Virus record (IMG/VR): IMGVR_UViG_3300046170_000273
Coordinates: 1 to 58,740 of that record
Origin: a virus
Lineage: Duplodnaviria; Caudoviricetes
DNA: 58,740 nucleotides
Direction: 5' to 3' (one strand)
Below, one piece after another: positions 45,992 to 55,418 of the stretch (positions are counted from its first letter, which is position 1; the number at the start of each line of letters is the position of its first letter). Made by a program: the position numbers and the translations under genes. The notes below the pieces were generated by a model, which saw only the letters and a program-made list of their open reading frames with translations, did not search any database and was not told the DNA's origin.

Positions 45992-46408
45992 TTATCTAGC
46001 TGTTTTATCCCAAGCACCTGTAGATTCATTCCACTCATAATAATGAGTAAGAGTTTCTTCTTCAGATAGTGCTGGTGCATCACCTATTGGTGATTTCCAA
46101 CTAGCTGTAGGAACATCTAAAACCCAACTAGCGTAAGGTTTAGCACTAATGAAAATATCGTTATCTTCATCATAAGTCATACCTATGCCTGCGTAGTTAC
46201 CTCTTAAAGGTGTTCCGCCGTCTTTGTGTTGTCCACCAGCTGTATTGTAAGATGTTTTTTTCCAAAGAGGCCAGCTATGAATATTTTCTAAAAACTGTCT
46301 CCCCACTTCTTCATCTTCAACACCATCAGCATTTTGACAATCTTTATCAGCTACAACATGAACTGCTATAACTTTATTGTTTGCTCCTAGTTTTGCGTAA
46401 TGTGCCAT
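45992..46408 (-). CDS. Tail-fibre-associated protein (MAHYAKL family)
   Basis: WKKTSYN, RGNYAGIG, FI..KPY.SW; follows the fibre genes. Confidence 0.75.
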   Translation of the reverse strand: MAHYAKLGANNKVIAVHVVADKDCQNADGVEDEEVGRQFLENIHSWPLWKKTSYNTAGGQHKDGGTPLRGNYAGIGMTYDEDNDIFISAKPYASWVLDVPTASWKSPIGDAPALSEEETLTHYYEWNESTGAWDKTAR

Positions 46409-46447
46409 AATGTTTCTCCTTATATATTATTTTTAATTATCATTCAA

Positions 46448-47797
46448 CTATTGAAATTTATATCTTATTATTACTATACCTGAACCACCAGAACCACCTA
46501 CTCCACTTGGTCCACCACCATTACTTCCACCGCCACCACCGCCTGTGTTGTCAGTTCCATTTGTAGCCGCAACAGAACTTCCTGGATAGGGTCCAGATGC
46601 ACCACAACCACCGCCACCAGGGCCTCCTGTTCCTTTATTAGCAGGGTCAGATCCACCACCGCCACCTCCAGCGAATGTTGTTGCTGATCCATTGATACTT
46701 GTTGTTGCTCCTGCACCTCCAGGTCCACCTGTACCTGATCCTGCATTTCCTCCAACTGCAGTAGCACCGCCACCGCCTCCTTGTGCGTAAGGTGGAGCAT
46801 CACGAGTTGTTCCTGCATTATTACCTTGAGGGGGAGTTGTTGGTGGAGTATTTCCTGCAGCACCTGATCTTGCAGTACAACCTGTTCCGGTAGCACCAGC
46901 CGATCCTCCAGAGCCACCAGCATCTGCAGCACAAACTCGACCACCTGCACCACCACCTGCTGAACTAATCGTACTAAAAGTTGAAACACTTCCGGGTGCG
47001 CCTTTAGTATAAGGAGATGATTCATCAGATGCCCCTCCACCACCAACTGCAATAGGAAAACCTGTTGCTGTTACTGTAATTCTATTTCCAGGTGTTGAAT
47101 ATCCATCTAAAGGACTTGCCGTATAAGGTGTGGCTGGAGATTTTAATTCTCTAAAACCACCTGCTCCACCTGCTCCACCTCTATCGTGAGCTGATCCACC
47201 ACCTCCAGCTACTACAACATAAGAAACTAAATTATTAGCAGCGCAACCTGATACAGAACTAACTGTAAAAGTTCCATCGCTCGTAAATGTATGAATTTTG
47301 TCATCACCACAAGTAGTTATTGTTCCTCCAGTTGCTACCATAAAAGATTCACCTGCAAAAGTTGATGAATCATCTTGTGTTGCTACCCATCCTTGAGTTG
47401 CATCTACATAAACTAAAAATATTGAAGCACCAGCAGTTTTTATAACTACATCAGCATCAGAGGCACCATTAATAGGAGATCCACCTCTACCAATTGTTAA
47501 ATTAGCAGTTGCAAAATTTCCGTTATAATCTTTTAATCCTACAATATCTCCTGCACTAGGAGAACTAGGAAGTGTTAAAGTAAAAGCTCCACTTGCTGCT
47601 GTATCACAAAAATATCCTTCTCCTGATACTGCAGTAAAGTTAGTTGTCTTTTTTGTAGTAACCCAGTTTACTGTTCCTGTTCTACCAAATCCTGTTTGAG
47701 TTGCACCACAAGCCAAAGTTACTGCTGTGCCTGGCCCACCTAATTCTAGGGTGCTTCCATTTCGTTTATCTATTTTATTTACTTTAACTGTGCTCAT
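46448..47797 (-). CDS. Glycine-rich tail fibre 3
   Basis: TLPSSPSAGD domain, VVAGGG...GGSGIVIIRY. Confidence 0.85.
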   Translation of the reverse strand: MSTVKVNKIDKRNGSTLELGGPGTAVTLACGATQTGFGRTGTVNWVTTKKTTNFTAVSGEGYFCDTAASGAFTLTLPSSPSAGDIVGLKDYNGNFATANLTIGRGGSPINGASDADVVIKTAGASIFLVYVDATQGWVATQDDSSTFAGESFMVATGGTITTCGDDKIHTFTSDGTFTVSSVSGCAANNLVSYVVVAGGGGSAHDRGGAGGAGGFRELKSPATPYTASPLDGYSTPGNRITVTATGFPIAVGGGGASDESSPYTKGAPGSVSTFSTISSAGGGAGGRVCAADAGGSGGSAGATGTGCTARSGAAGNTPPTTPPQGNNAGTTRDAPPYAQGGGGGATAVGGNAGSGTGGPGGAGATTSINGSATTFAGGGGGGSDPANKGTGGPGGGGCGASGPYPGSSVAATNGTDNTGGGGGGSNGGGPSGVGGSGGSGIVIIRYKFQ

Positions 47798-47803
47798 AAT
47801 TTT

Positions 47804-49204
47804 TTAACTATTAAATGTACCATCCGATGTAAATATTCTAACTGTGTCTGAACCACAAGTTAAAACAACGTTACCACCAGCAGTTGTTGGAGTTGCATCT
47901 GATGTTGCGTGTTTAATAACTACTATACCTGATCCACCAGTTCCTCCTGCGCCATTGTGTTGTCCAGCTGCTCCACCACCAGTATTTGCAGTTCCATTTT
48001 GTGCTGCAGAACTACCACCTCCTCCGGCACCACCAGTTCCATTACTTCCTGGAGAAGGAGGAAAACCACCTCTACCAGAACCACCGCCTGAAAAATATCT
48101 TCCAGGACTTGGACCCGGAGTTCCATAAGTTGGGGCTGCAGGTAATGAACCAAAAATTGCATTGGGAGAACCAGCTCCACCATTTCCTCCGGTATTAGGA
48201 CCTAAAGGTGCACCACATTGCCCTTGACCAGCAGCACCACCACCGCCACCTGATCTAACATTTCCAGAAGATACTAATGCATTACCACCAGGTTGTCCTT
48301 GAGGTGGACTTACTGGAGGAGTATTACCCGCGTGATTTGTTGAACAACCACCTGGACCTCCACCGCCACCACCTGTACCACCGCCTGATCCACCTGTTGC
48401 TTCTGCAACAGACGGCTGGCCGTCTGTTGTTCCACCGCCACCACCAGCAGAGGTTATTGTTGAAAAAACTGAAGGAGTTCCTCTAATAGCATCATTACCT
48501 GAAGCAGTTCCTGGAGCTCCTCCTCCTACAGTAATAGTAAAAGCTGTAGCGCCATCTATAGAAAAGTTTTTTGAACAAACTGTTCTAAAACCACCAGCTC
48601 CACCACCGCCACCGCCATATGTTCCACCAGAACCTCCACCGCCACCTGCTACTACTAAATATTGAACATTGTATGGAACAGTACCTGTTACATCTGTTGT
48701 TGAATCTTGAACTGATAGCCAACCTTTTGTACCATCAACATAAATTAAAGTTACTGACTGACTTTCTGTGCTTAAATTTGCACAACCACATGTTCCATTT
48801 ATTTTTGATCCATTTCTAGCTATTATTAACTTGTTGGTATCCCAAGTATCTGCATAATCTTTAAATGAAACAATATCTCCTGCTGATGGAGAAGCTGGTA
48901 AAGTCACTGTAATAGTTCCACCTGTTGTATTTACAAAATATCCATTGCCTGAAGAAACTGTTAAAGGACTTGTCTTTACTGTTGTACACCAATTTACAGA
49001 GCCTGATCTTCCAAATCCTGATTGAGTTGCACCTGATGCAAGATTAACAGCACCACCACATCTACCTAACGTTACTGTTGCACCGTCTATAACAATAGTT
49101 TGACCAGAACCTGATCCAACTGTCGTTGTTGTTCCACATTTTTTAATGATGTTAGAATCGTCTGAAACTTTTTGTATGTTATCTGTTTTAATTATACTTG
49201 CCAT
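47804..49204 (-). CDS. Glycine-rich tail fibre 2
   Basis: Same architecture, paralog. Confidence 0.85.
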   Translation of the reverse strand: MASIIKTDNIQKVSDDSNIIKKCGTTTTVGSGSGQTIVIDGATVTLGRCGGAVNLASGATQSGFGRSGSVNWCTTVKTSPLTVSSGNGYFVNTTGGTITVTLPASPSAGDIVSFKDYADTWDTNKLIIARNGSKINGTCGCANLSTESQSVTLIYVDGTKGWLSVQDSTTDVTGTVPYNVQYLVVAGGGGGSGGTYGGGGGGAGGFRTVCSKNFSIDGATAFTITVGGGAPGTASGNDAIRGTPSVFSTITSAGGGGGTTDGQPSVAEATGGSGGGTGGGGGGPGGCSTNHAGNTPPVSPPQGQPGGNALVSSGNVRSGGGGGAAGQGQCGAPLGPNTGGNGGAGSPNAIFGSLPAAPTYGTPGPSPGRYFSGGGSGRGGFPPSPGSNGTGGAGGGGSSAAQNGTANTGGGAAGQHNGAGGTGGSGIVVIKHATSDATPTTAGGNVVLTCGSDTVRIFTSDGTFNS

Positions 49205-49211
49205 AATTTAC

Positions 49212-50633
49212 CTATTGAAATTTATATCTTATCATTACTATACCTGATCCACCTGCACCACCATTTGTACATCCAGGTACTCCTGCTCCTGGCCCTTGTC
49301 TTGAGGTACCTCCACCACCTCCACCAGTGTTAGCAGTAGCAGCTACACCTGCACCAGGTGAAGTTGGGCCTGGACCTGCTCGTCCTCCGCCACCCTCTCC
49401 TCCTGCGCCATTAGTTCCTGCTGGATTACCTGCTCCTCCTTCTACTCCACCGCCTCCTCCACCTGCAAAATATCTTGTTGAAGAAACTGGACCTGGTGTT
49501 CCATAACTTGGGGCTGTTGGACCAATAAATGCGTCACCTAAAAAAGAACCTATACCACCTGTACCACCATTATTACTACTACCATTTGTTCCAACTGCTC
49601 CGGCTCCTCCACCGCCTCCAGCTGCTCTACAAGAACTTCCTGTTCCACCTTGTCCTCCATTATTTCCTTGTGGTGGAGAAACTGGTGGTTGATTACCACT
49701 AAATACACTTGCTCCATTTGGATTTTCACCTCTTTGTCCTGCTCCTGATCCTCCTGATCCATCTGCAAAACCTGGTGCTGGCACGTTTCCTCCTGTGCTT
49801 GCTCCACCTCCTGCGGATGTAATTGAAGAAAAAATTGAATTTGATCCTTTAGAGCCACAAGCTCCAACAGCTGCTCCACCTGCACCTACTGTAATTGGAT
49901 ATGTTGTTGATGATGAAATAGATATACCTGTTGGATTTGACAAAGGGGACATTGTTGGTGCTGCAACACAAAGATCATTTGATACTCTAAAACCACCTGC
50001 TCCAGCTCCAGCTGTTTGTGTCTGACCTGCGCCACCGCCTCCTCCTGCAACCACAAAATAATCTGCTGTGTTGTTTCCTGGTGTTGGTGCTGTAGTAACT
50101 GCAAAACAACCACTTGCAGTAAATATATGTGTTTTATAATCACCAGTAGTTACTACAGTTCCTCCAGTTGCAACAATAAAATTAGGGCTTCCTGAAATAT
50201 TAGCACTTGAATCTTGTATGTCTTGCCAACCTTTAGTCCCATCAACATAAATTAATGTAACTGATTGAGCTCTAGTATTTAAATCTGCGTTAGAGCATAC
50301 ACCACCAATTTTTGATCCATTTCTACAAACTGTAAGAACATTAGAATCCCAAGTACTTGCATAATCTTTGAAAGCTACAACATCTCCAGCGCTTGGCGAT
50401 GACGGAAGTGTAACTGTAATAGATCCACCTGTGGTATTTACAAAATATCCTACTTTATCTACTGCTGTAAAAGGAGAAGTCTTCGCTGTTGTACACCATA
50501 ATACTGATGAAGATGGAGTACCAAAACCTGTTTGAGTTGCACCAGATCCTAGAGTTACAGCAGTTCCTGGGCCTCCTATTGTAAGAGTAGAACCACTTTG
50601 TTTAACTAATTCATTTACTTCTATTTTACTCAT
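49212..50633 (-). CDS. Glycine-rich tail fibre 1
   Basis: Start MSKIEVNEL at 50633 (TAATG coupling). Confidence 0.85.
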   Translation of the reverse strand: MSKIEVNELVKQSGSTLTIGGPGTAVTLGSGATQTGFGTPSSSVLWCTTAKTSPFTAVDKVGYFVNTTGGSITVTLPSSPSAGDVVAFKDYASTWDSNVLTVCRNGSKIGGVCSNADLNTRAQSVTLIYVDGTKGWQDIQDSSANISGSPNFIVATGGTVVTTGDYKTHIFTASGCFAVTTAPTPGNNTADYFVVAGGGGGAGQTQTAGAGAGGFRVSNDLCVAAPTMSPLSNPTGISISSSTTYPITVGAGGAAVGACGSKGSNSIFSSITSAGGGASTGGNVPAPGFADGSGGSGAGQRGENPNGASVFSGNQPPVSPPQGNNGGQGGTGSSCRAAGGGGGAGAVGTNGSSNNGGTGGIGSFLGDAFIGPTAPSYGTPGPVSSTRYFAGGGGGGVEGGAGNPAGTNGAGGEGGGGRAGPGPTSPGAGVAATANTGGGGGGTSRQGPGAGVPGCTNGGAGGSGIVMIRYKFQ

Positions 50634-51409
50634 TAAATTACTACTACTGTTCCTGTTATTGTTTGTGTTCCCGTTATAGTTACAGGTCCAGCTAAAACTC
50701 CAGATGCAATTGTTTGATCTTGTGAAAGAGTTGTAGCGTGTGTAACTATATAATCTGTGGCTGTCATAGATGGTGACATTGATCTCGATGCTGGTAGTGT
50801 ACAAAATACATTTTTAGTACCTGCCGAAAAATTTACTTTGCTATCACTATTTGATGACGAGATAACTGTATCTCTTGTAAGATTACCGACTGTAGCTGTT
50901 GTTGCAGTAAAACCCATTCCAGCGTGGTTTGTGCAATAAGCATATAAAGTTGGAGCTGATGATGCTACTACAATTACAGTTTTTGCACCAGCACTTCCCG
51001 GCGTCCCAGTGGCTGTTACACCGGTTGTATATTCTGTTCCGCCTGCAGCGTCCGCTGCAGTTGCAAATCTTAATGGATGACCTGCGTTAGAAGAATCAGA
51101 TTGATCAAAAGTATAAGTAACGGTTTCTGCTAGATCAATAGAAGCTTGTAAAGATCCATCTAAGTAATATTTATTACCACTTCCTGGATTTACAACAGTA
51201 ACTGCAAAAGATACAGCTGCATTTACCGTACCAATTCCTACTTCAAACTCACCTGCAGAATTGTTTTCAATTGCATAGTAAGTTGTATTGCCAGCACTAA
51301 TACCTGAAACAAAAGTCTCATAACCTTGTTCTGCTCCGCCAAAGTTAATTGTTCCTGTTCCAGTAGTTGTACTTGTTTCTTTAACTCTATCGTTAACTAT
51401 TAAAGCCAT
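50633..51409 (-). CDS. Tail structural protein with an inserted beta domain
   Basis: MALIVNDRVKET...FEVGIG [insert] LTRDTVISSSN..VFCT. Confidence 0.75.
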   Translation of the reverse strand: MALIVNDRVKETSTTTGTGTINFGGAEQGYETFVSGISAGNTTYYAIENNSAGEFEVGIGTVNAAVSFAVTVVNPGSGNKYYLDGSLQASIDLAETVTYTFDQSDSSNAGHPLRFATAADAAGGTEYTTGVTATGTPGSAGAKTVIVVASSAPTLYAYCTNHAGMGFTATTATVGNLTRDTVISSSNSDSKVNFSAGTKNVFCTLPASRSMSPSMTATDYIVTHATTLSQDQTIASGVLAGPVTITGTQTITGTVVVI

Positions 51410-51426
51410 TACTACTCCAAATTTTA

Positions 51427-51858
51427 TTACGCGTCGCCAAGTCTAATGATTGCACTAGATGAGTTAGCAGTTGGAAACTGAACAACAAAATCTCCGTTTG
51501 TTGCAGTCTTTGTTCCGCCAAAATCTAAAACTAATACAGCTTCATTACTTGAACCTTTATAAATCAGTGCTCCTACTGCTGATAACGTTACAGATGAAAA
51601 AGTTAAATCTGCAAAGTCAACATATCCAACATTACTTGCAACTGCTACACCGTTATTTGTTAAAGTGTTTCCACCAGCAGTATAACTTGTACCAGATGAA
51701 GAAACTTCATTACTAGTTGTATATGCTGCTGTTGCCGTTGTTAAGCCAGATATATTAGTGTAAAGAGCGAGTTTAAAAGTGCTTCCACCGGAAGCAGCAA
51801 AATTAAACGTTCCTTTTAACAGGTCTGTTTTAAAAGAGTCAGGTACTACATTTGCCAT
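51427..51858 (-). CDS. Virion structural protein
   Basis: 143 aa, FKLALYT...VLDFGG. Confidence 0.75.
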   Translation of the reverse strand: MANVVPDSFKTDLLKGTFNFAASGGSTFKLALYTNISGLTTATAAYTTSNEVSSSGTSYTAGGNTLTNNGVAVASNVGYVDFADLTFSSVTLSAVGALIYKGSSNEAVLVLDFGGTKTATNGDFVVQFPTANSSSAIIRLGDA

Positions 51859-51871
51859 TTATATTATCTCC

Positions 51872-52546
51872 TTAGTTTGGTGATGGCGACTTAATTTGAG
51901 AACGAATAGCGCCATCTTGCCATTCATCTCTACGTCTTCTACCTTCTTGTTCGATAGAATAAGATTTTGCAGCCCGTCTATATGACTGTTCGTAGTATTG
52001 TATCAGATCCGCTGGACCTTTCAAGTATCCATATGCTTCTACCAGACATGCGTACAAAAGTAAATCCTGATATTTATTGGATGTAAAAGTACCACTAGAG
52101 CTTACAGATGAGTCTGTAATACTTGTTGGTTGTTTGACGTATGCCAAAGTAATTTCAAATGTAGCGTTTGGTGTAGGTGCTACTACCCAAAAATTAGCAT
52201 CCCAATTGGCATAATACTTAGGTAAACCGCTAGCTGTGCTAGGAGTATTGTAGTATTCTGTCATGAAACTAGTATCTCTTTTTTCTAAAAATACTTGATT
52301 ATCAGATCCATCTTTTAACTGAACATACCTAATTATTCTAAGATCAGAGGGGATAGTTACATATCTATTTCCTGATTGTAAATTTGATGTAGCATAAAAT
52401 CTATTATCATCAGAATCTACATCTCTATAAATTCTATTTTCAGCATTTTTAATTATGGTATTTAAAACACCTGTAGATAAAACAGAGCTGTCTACTTCTG
52501 TATAGTTTCTAATATCATCTTGTAAGTTTGTAAGTGTATATGCCAT
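51872..52546 (-). CDS. Head-tail adaptor-like protein
   Basis: 224 aa, PKYY...APTP...LLYACL. Confidence 0.7.
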   Translation of the reverse strand: MAYTLTNLQDDIRNYTEVDSSVLSTGVLNTIIKNAENRIYRDVDSDDNRFYATSNLQSGNRYVTIPSDLRIIRYVQLKDGSDNQVFLEKRDTSFMTEYYNTPSTASGLPKYYANWDANFWVVAPTPNATFEITLAYVKQPTSITDSSVSSSGTFTSNKYQDLLLYACLVEAYGYLKGPADLIQYYEQSYRRAAKSYSIEQEGRRRRDEWQDGAIRSQIKSPSPN

Positions 52547-53040
52547 TATGGTGATAGTGTAACCGGACCAGCCGATATACTTCCTCCTCCTATTTTTGCA
52601 GTTGCAGTTGCTGTTCCTGCAGCTGTAAATGTGTAATTATTAGCATTTGTAACTGTAATTGTAAATCCCGAAGCGTTATTAATATCTGCAGCAGTTATAC
52701 CTGCACCGGGTTCAGCATCTCTAAATCTAACTGTATCACTTGTAGATCTTCCATGATTGTCTTCAAATACTGTTATAGTTGTAGACCCATCTGTAGCAGA
52801 TAATGGATTTAAAGTTAATATTCTTGCAACAGCAGGTTCTGTTCTTGCAGGTCTTGCATTTAATAAACCTTGTGGATCTGCCGCATGAGGTTTTGGTTCT
52901 AGTTGTGGATGTTTTTTTTCAAATTCTGATATGTGAACTCTAGCTCCATTCCATTCTATTACCATTTCAGAATATGGAAACTCTAATCCTGATCTATCAG
53001 AAATAAATTTTGCGTATTTACCTGAAGAAAGATTTGACAT
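52546..53040 (-). CDS. Virion-module hypothetical protein
   Basis: 164 aa, DRSG..EW....KHPQL. Confidence 0.7.
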   Translation of the reverse strand: MSNLSSGKYAKFISDRSGLEFPYSEMVIEWNGARVHISEFEKKHPQLEPKPHAADPQGLLNARPARTEPAVARILTLNPLSATDGSTTITVFEDNHGRSTSDTVRFRDAEPGAGITAADINNASGFTITVTNANNYTFTAAGTATATAKIGGGSISAGPVTLSP

Positions 53041-53765
53041 TAAGACTCCGGATAATAAACTTTAGGACTAATATAAGTACTTGATGACGAGCCGTCCTCT
53101 TGTAAAGCTCTTTGTAATTCATCTTCGTACAACATCTTTAGCATTTGAACTCTGTCAGGTGAATTTTTAATTGCAAGATAGTAAGCTAAACCTGCAGTCA
53201 TACATGGTACAAATCGATATGGTACATCTGCATCATTAGTATAATCACCTGCATCTTGAATTCTTTTTACATAATAATAATTTAAAAACTTACCTGCTTC
53301 ACTGGATCCAGGAGTTAAATATAAAGTAACTGTAATTTTATCTATAAATCTTTGAACAAAATATTGTGATGGTGTTCCAGTAGATGTTTTATTTGAAAAT
53401 GCTTGATACTGTGATCTGCTTACTTTTGTAAGTGGTGTGTCTACATTAGCGTTTCTATAAGAAGCTTCTAATATATCATCAACACCATAGACAGCTGTAG
53501 CACTTGAAGTACCATCACCTGTTGATCTGAACATTGTATATGTTGCTTGATCTGCAACTAATGTAATATTATTGTTTGCAACTTCCCAATAATGCAAACC
53601 TCTGTTTGCCCATTCTTGAAATAAAATATTAAGAGATCTTCTTGCAGATTTTAATTGGTAGCCAGAAACACCTTGTATGCCTAATCTTTCATACGCTTCT
53701 TCAACAATATCTGAAATAGAAAAACCTTTTTCAAAGGTAGTTGTACCCGAAGTAGTGTTAGCCAT
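53040..53765 (-). CDS. Head-tail connector/adaptor protein
   Basis: 241 aa, ARRSLN...W.NRG...GLAYYL. Confidence 0.7.
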   Translation of the reverse strand: MANTTSGTTTFEKGFSISDIVEEAYERLGIQGVSGYQLKSARRSLNILFQEWANRGLHYWEVANNNITLVADQATYTMFRSTGDGTSSATAVYGVDDILEASYRNANVDTPLTKVSRSQYQAFSNKTSTGTPSQYFVQRFIDKITVTLYLTPGSSEAGKFLNYYYVKRIQDAGDYTNDADVPYRFVPCMTAGLAYYLAIKNSPDRVQMLKMLYEDELQRALQEDGSSSSTYISPKVYYPES

Positions 53766-53773
53766 TTACTCTC

Positions 53774-54043
53774 CTATTTATCTATAATAACAGTTGCCGT
53801 TGCATTTGATATAGCAGAAACTGTCATTCCGCCTTCAAATAATATTCCGTCTTCTGCTAGATTATAAGAAAATACATCACCTGCTGGTACATCGACTTGA
53901 AACTGTGTTACTGAGTTTCCGTCTTGTAATGTAACTGAACCTGCAGAACCTGTTGATGCTAAAATAATTCCTCTTAATCTTGTTCTTCCTGCAAAGACTG
54001 ATGTAGCGTCTGTTTTTCTAACTGCTTTTACGTCTGATTTCAT
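53774..54043 (-). CDS. Small beta-rich virion protein
   Basis: 89 aa, paralog-like to the next gene. Confidence 0.7.
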   Translation of the reverse strand: MKSDVKAVRKTDATSVFAGRTRLRGIILASTGSAGSVTLQDGNSVTQFQVDVPAGDVFSYNLAEDGILFEGGMTVSAISNATATVIIDK

Positions 54044-54357
54044 TATCCTGTGTATCCTATTGTTACAGAGTCTGTAGTAGTTAAATCTAAGTAGACTCCA
54101 TTTTTAAATCTTATACCAGAACCAGGAATCATTATATCTAATCCTTCAGAACTAAATTTAGCTTGAAACTCTAAAGAACCTGTACCATCTGTTCCATCGT
54201 GTAATTTAACTAAACAGTTAGTACCACCATGAGCTTGAATGTAAGTAACTCTGCATGGTCCTAAATTTGTACTACCACCTGTTATAGTTTTAAAACTACC
54301 ATCTCCTGTTAGAGTAGTAAATTTTTGATCGCTTATAAATGATCCACCGCCTGCCAT
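54043..54357 (-). CDS. Small beta-rich virion protein
   Basis: 104 aa, IPGSGIRF..G.Y. Confidence 0.7.
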   Translation of the reverse strand: MAGGGSFISDQKFTTLTGDGSFKTITGGSTNLGPCRVTYIQAHGGTNCLVKLHDGTDGTGSLEFQAKFSSEGLDIMIPGSGIRFKNGVYLDLTTTDSVTIGYTG

Positions 54358-54378
54358 AATTATTCTCCGTTAAATTGA

Positions 54379-54398
54379 TGTGGGGCCGAAGCCCCACA
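54379..54398 (-). terminator. C(UUCG)G hairpin
   Basis: TGTGGGGC-TTCG-GCCCCACA on minus. Confidence 0.7.
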
Positions 54399-54409
54399 CT
54401 AATTATTTA

Positions 54410-54799
54410 TTATGCTTCTTTAGCAAAAGTTCCTCTAACTTGAGTAACTTGCCATGCAGTAGTTCCATCTAATGATGCAATTACAACATAGTCACCTTGT
54501 CTTGAAGTAGCTTTTGTATTGATTAAGTCTTTGTCATCTGTTGATGAACCAGCATAAGTGATTCCGTCAGATGCATTAGGACTGATCGTCATTGTGTTTT
54601 GTCCATCAGGCGCATTGTTTGCGAACTTGAATGAGTATCCAACTGCAATTGCAGGTAAAGTGAATACCACACCATCTGTTTCAGAAACAAAAGTTTTTCC
54701 TGAATCAGCGTTAGTCACAGTGTAACTTGAAGCTTTAGTTTCAATGTTAACACCTTCTTTACCTTGAAGTACTGGACCTGAAAATGTAGTTTTTGCCAT
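54410..54799 (-). CDS. Head decoration/fibre-like protein (MAKTTFSGPV)
   Basis: 129 aa, AGGAGG SD, own promoter. Confidence 0.75.
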   Translation of the reverse strand: MAKTTFSGPVLQGKEGVNIETKASSYTVTNADSGKTFVSETDGVVFTLPAIAVGYSFKFANNAPDGQNTMTISPNASDGITYAGSSTDDKDLINTKATSRQGDYVVIASLDGTTAWQVTQVRGTFAKEA

Positions 54800-54807
54800 A
54801 ATTATAT

Positions 54808-54883
54808 CCTCCTAGTTTACAGATCATAGTCTCTAGGCCGTCGACTATACGCGTCTATGATCTTTTGATAATTGTATAGTGAG
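54808..54883 (-). ncRNA. Candidate cis-regulatory double-pseudoknot 5' UTR
   Basis: 9-bp stem whose loop pairs both upstream (7 bp) and with the SD (5 bp). Confidence 0.6.
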
Positions 54884-54886
54884 TTT

Positions 54887-54915
54887 TTTATATACTAGAT
54901 TTGAGTAGAGTGCAA
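54887..54915 (-). promoter_or_regulatory. sigma70 promoter TTGCAC-17-TATAAA
   Basis: Directly upstream of the structured leader. Confidence 0.6.
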
Positions 54916-54962
54916 GAGAGCCTGTAGTGTGGAGTGGATTTATCCAACGATGTAGCTTTTTA

Positions 54963-55187
54963 TTAAGTAGCTACAGAAACTTCAGGAGCGGCATTATCAA
55001 TAGTATTCTGCCTGTGGGCTATTGCTGCTTCTTCCAGCTTGATCTTTGTGATAACTTCTCTAACTTTGTCATCAATTCTGACCATTTCAAGAGTATATCT
55101 ATTATTAGATAGATGCTCTTGTTCCCACTTCAACTCCAAGGACCTTTTTGCTTTGTAAAGGTCTTGTATCATTACTAACCTCCTCAT
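54963..55187 (-). CDS. Hypothetical protein (likely start 55172)
   Basis: GGAGG SD before ATG 55172. Confidence 0.7.
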   Translation of the reverse strand: MRRLVMIQDLYKAKRSLELKWEQEHLSNNRYTLEMVRIDDKVREVITKIKLEEAAIAHRQNTIDNAAPEVSVAT

Positions 55188-55359
55188 AGGTTATTCGATA
55201 AGGAATTTTTCTAAACATTCCTGTTGATTCCCAAGTTATACTATTTTCTCCTAGTTTGTCAACTATTGATTGTTCTAGGGAAACAGCGTCATCATTAGAT
55301 TCTACTTCAAATCTAGCGTGATGATCATAAGCGTATATGTTTACAAGGAATTTTTTCAT
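55105..55359 (-). CDS. Hypothetical protein
   Basis: 84 aa after the MCP hairpin. Confidence 0.65.
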   Translation of the reverse strand: MKKFLVNIYAYDHHARFEVESNDDAVSLEQSIVDKLGENSITWESTGMFRKIPYRITYEEVSNDTRPLQSKKVLGVEVGTRASI

Positions 55360-55383
55360 GGTTTTTTCTTTCTATAATTGAAA

Positions 55384-55408
55384 TGAGGCGGGATTGTGTC
55401 CCGCCTCA
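55384..55408 (-). terminator. Hairpin/terminator after the major capsid gene
   Basis: TGAGGCGGGA/TCCCGCCTCA perfect 10-bp stem. Confidence 0.75.
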
Positions 55409-55418
55409 AATTTATTGA

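Noticed and set aside
46448-50633. Diversity-generating retroelement acting on the fibres
   Set aside because: No reverse transcriptase and no near-identical TR/VR pair differing at adenines.
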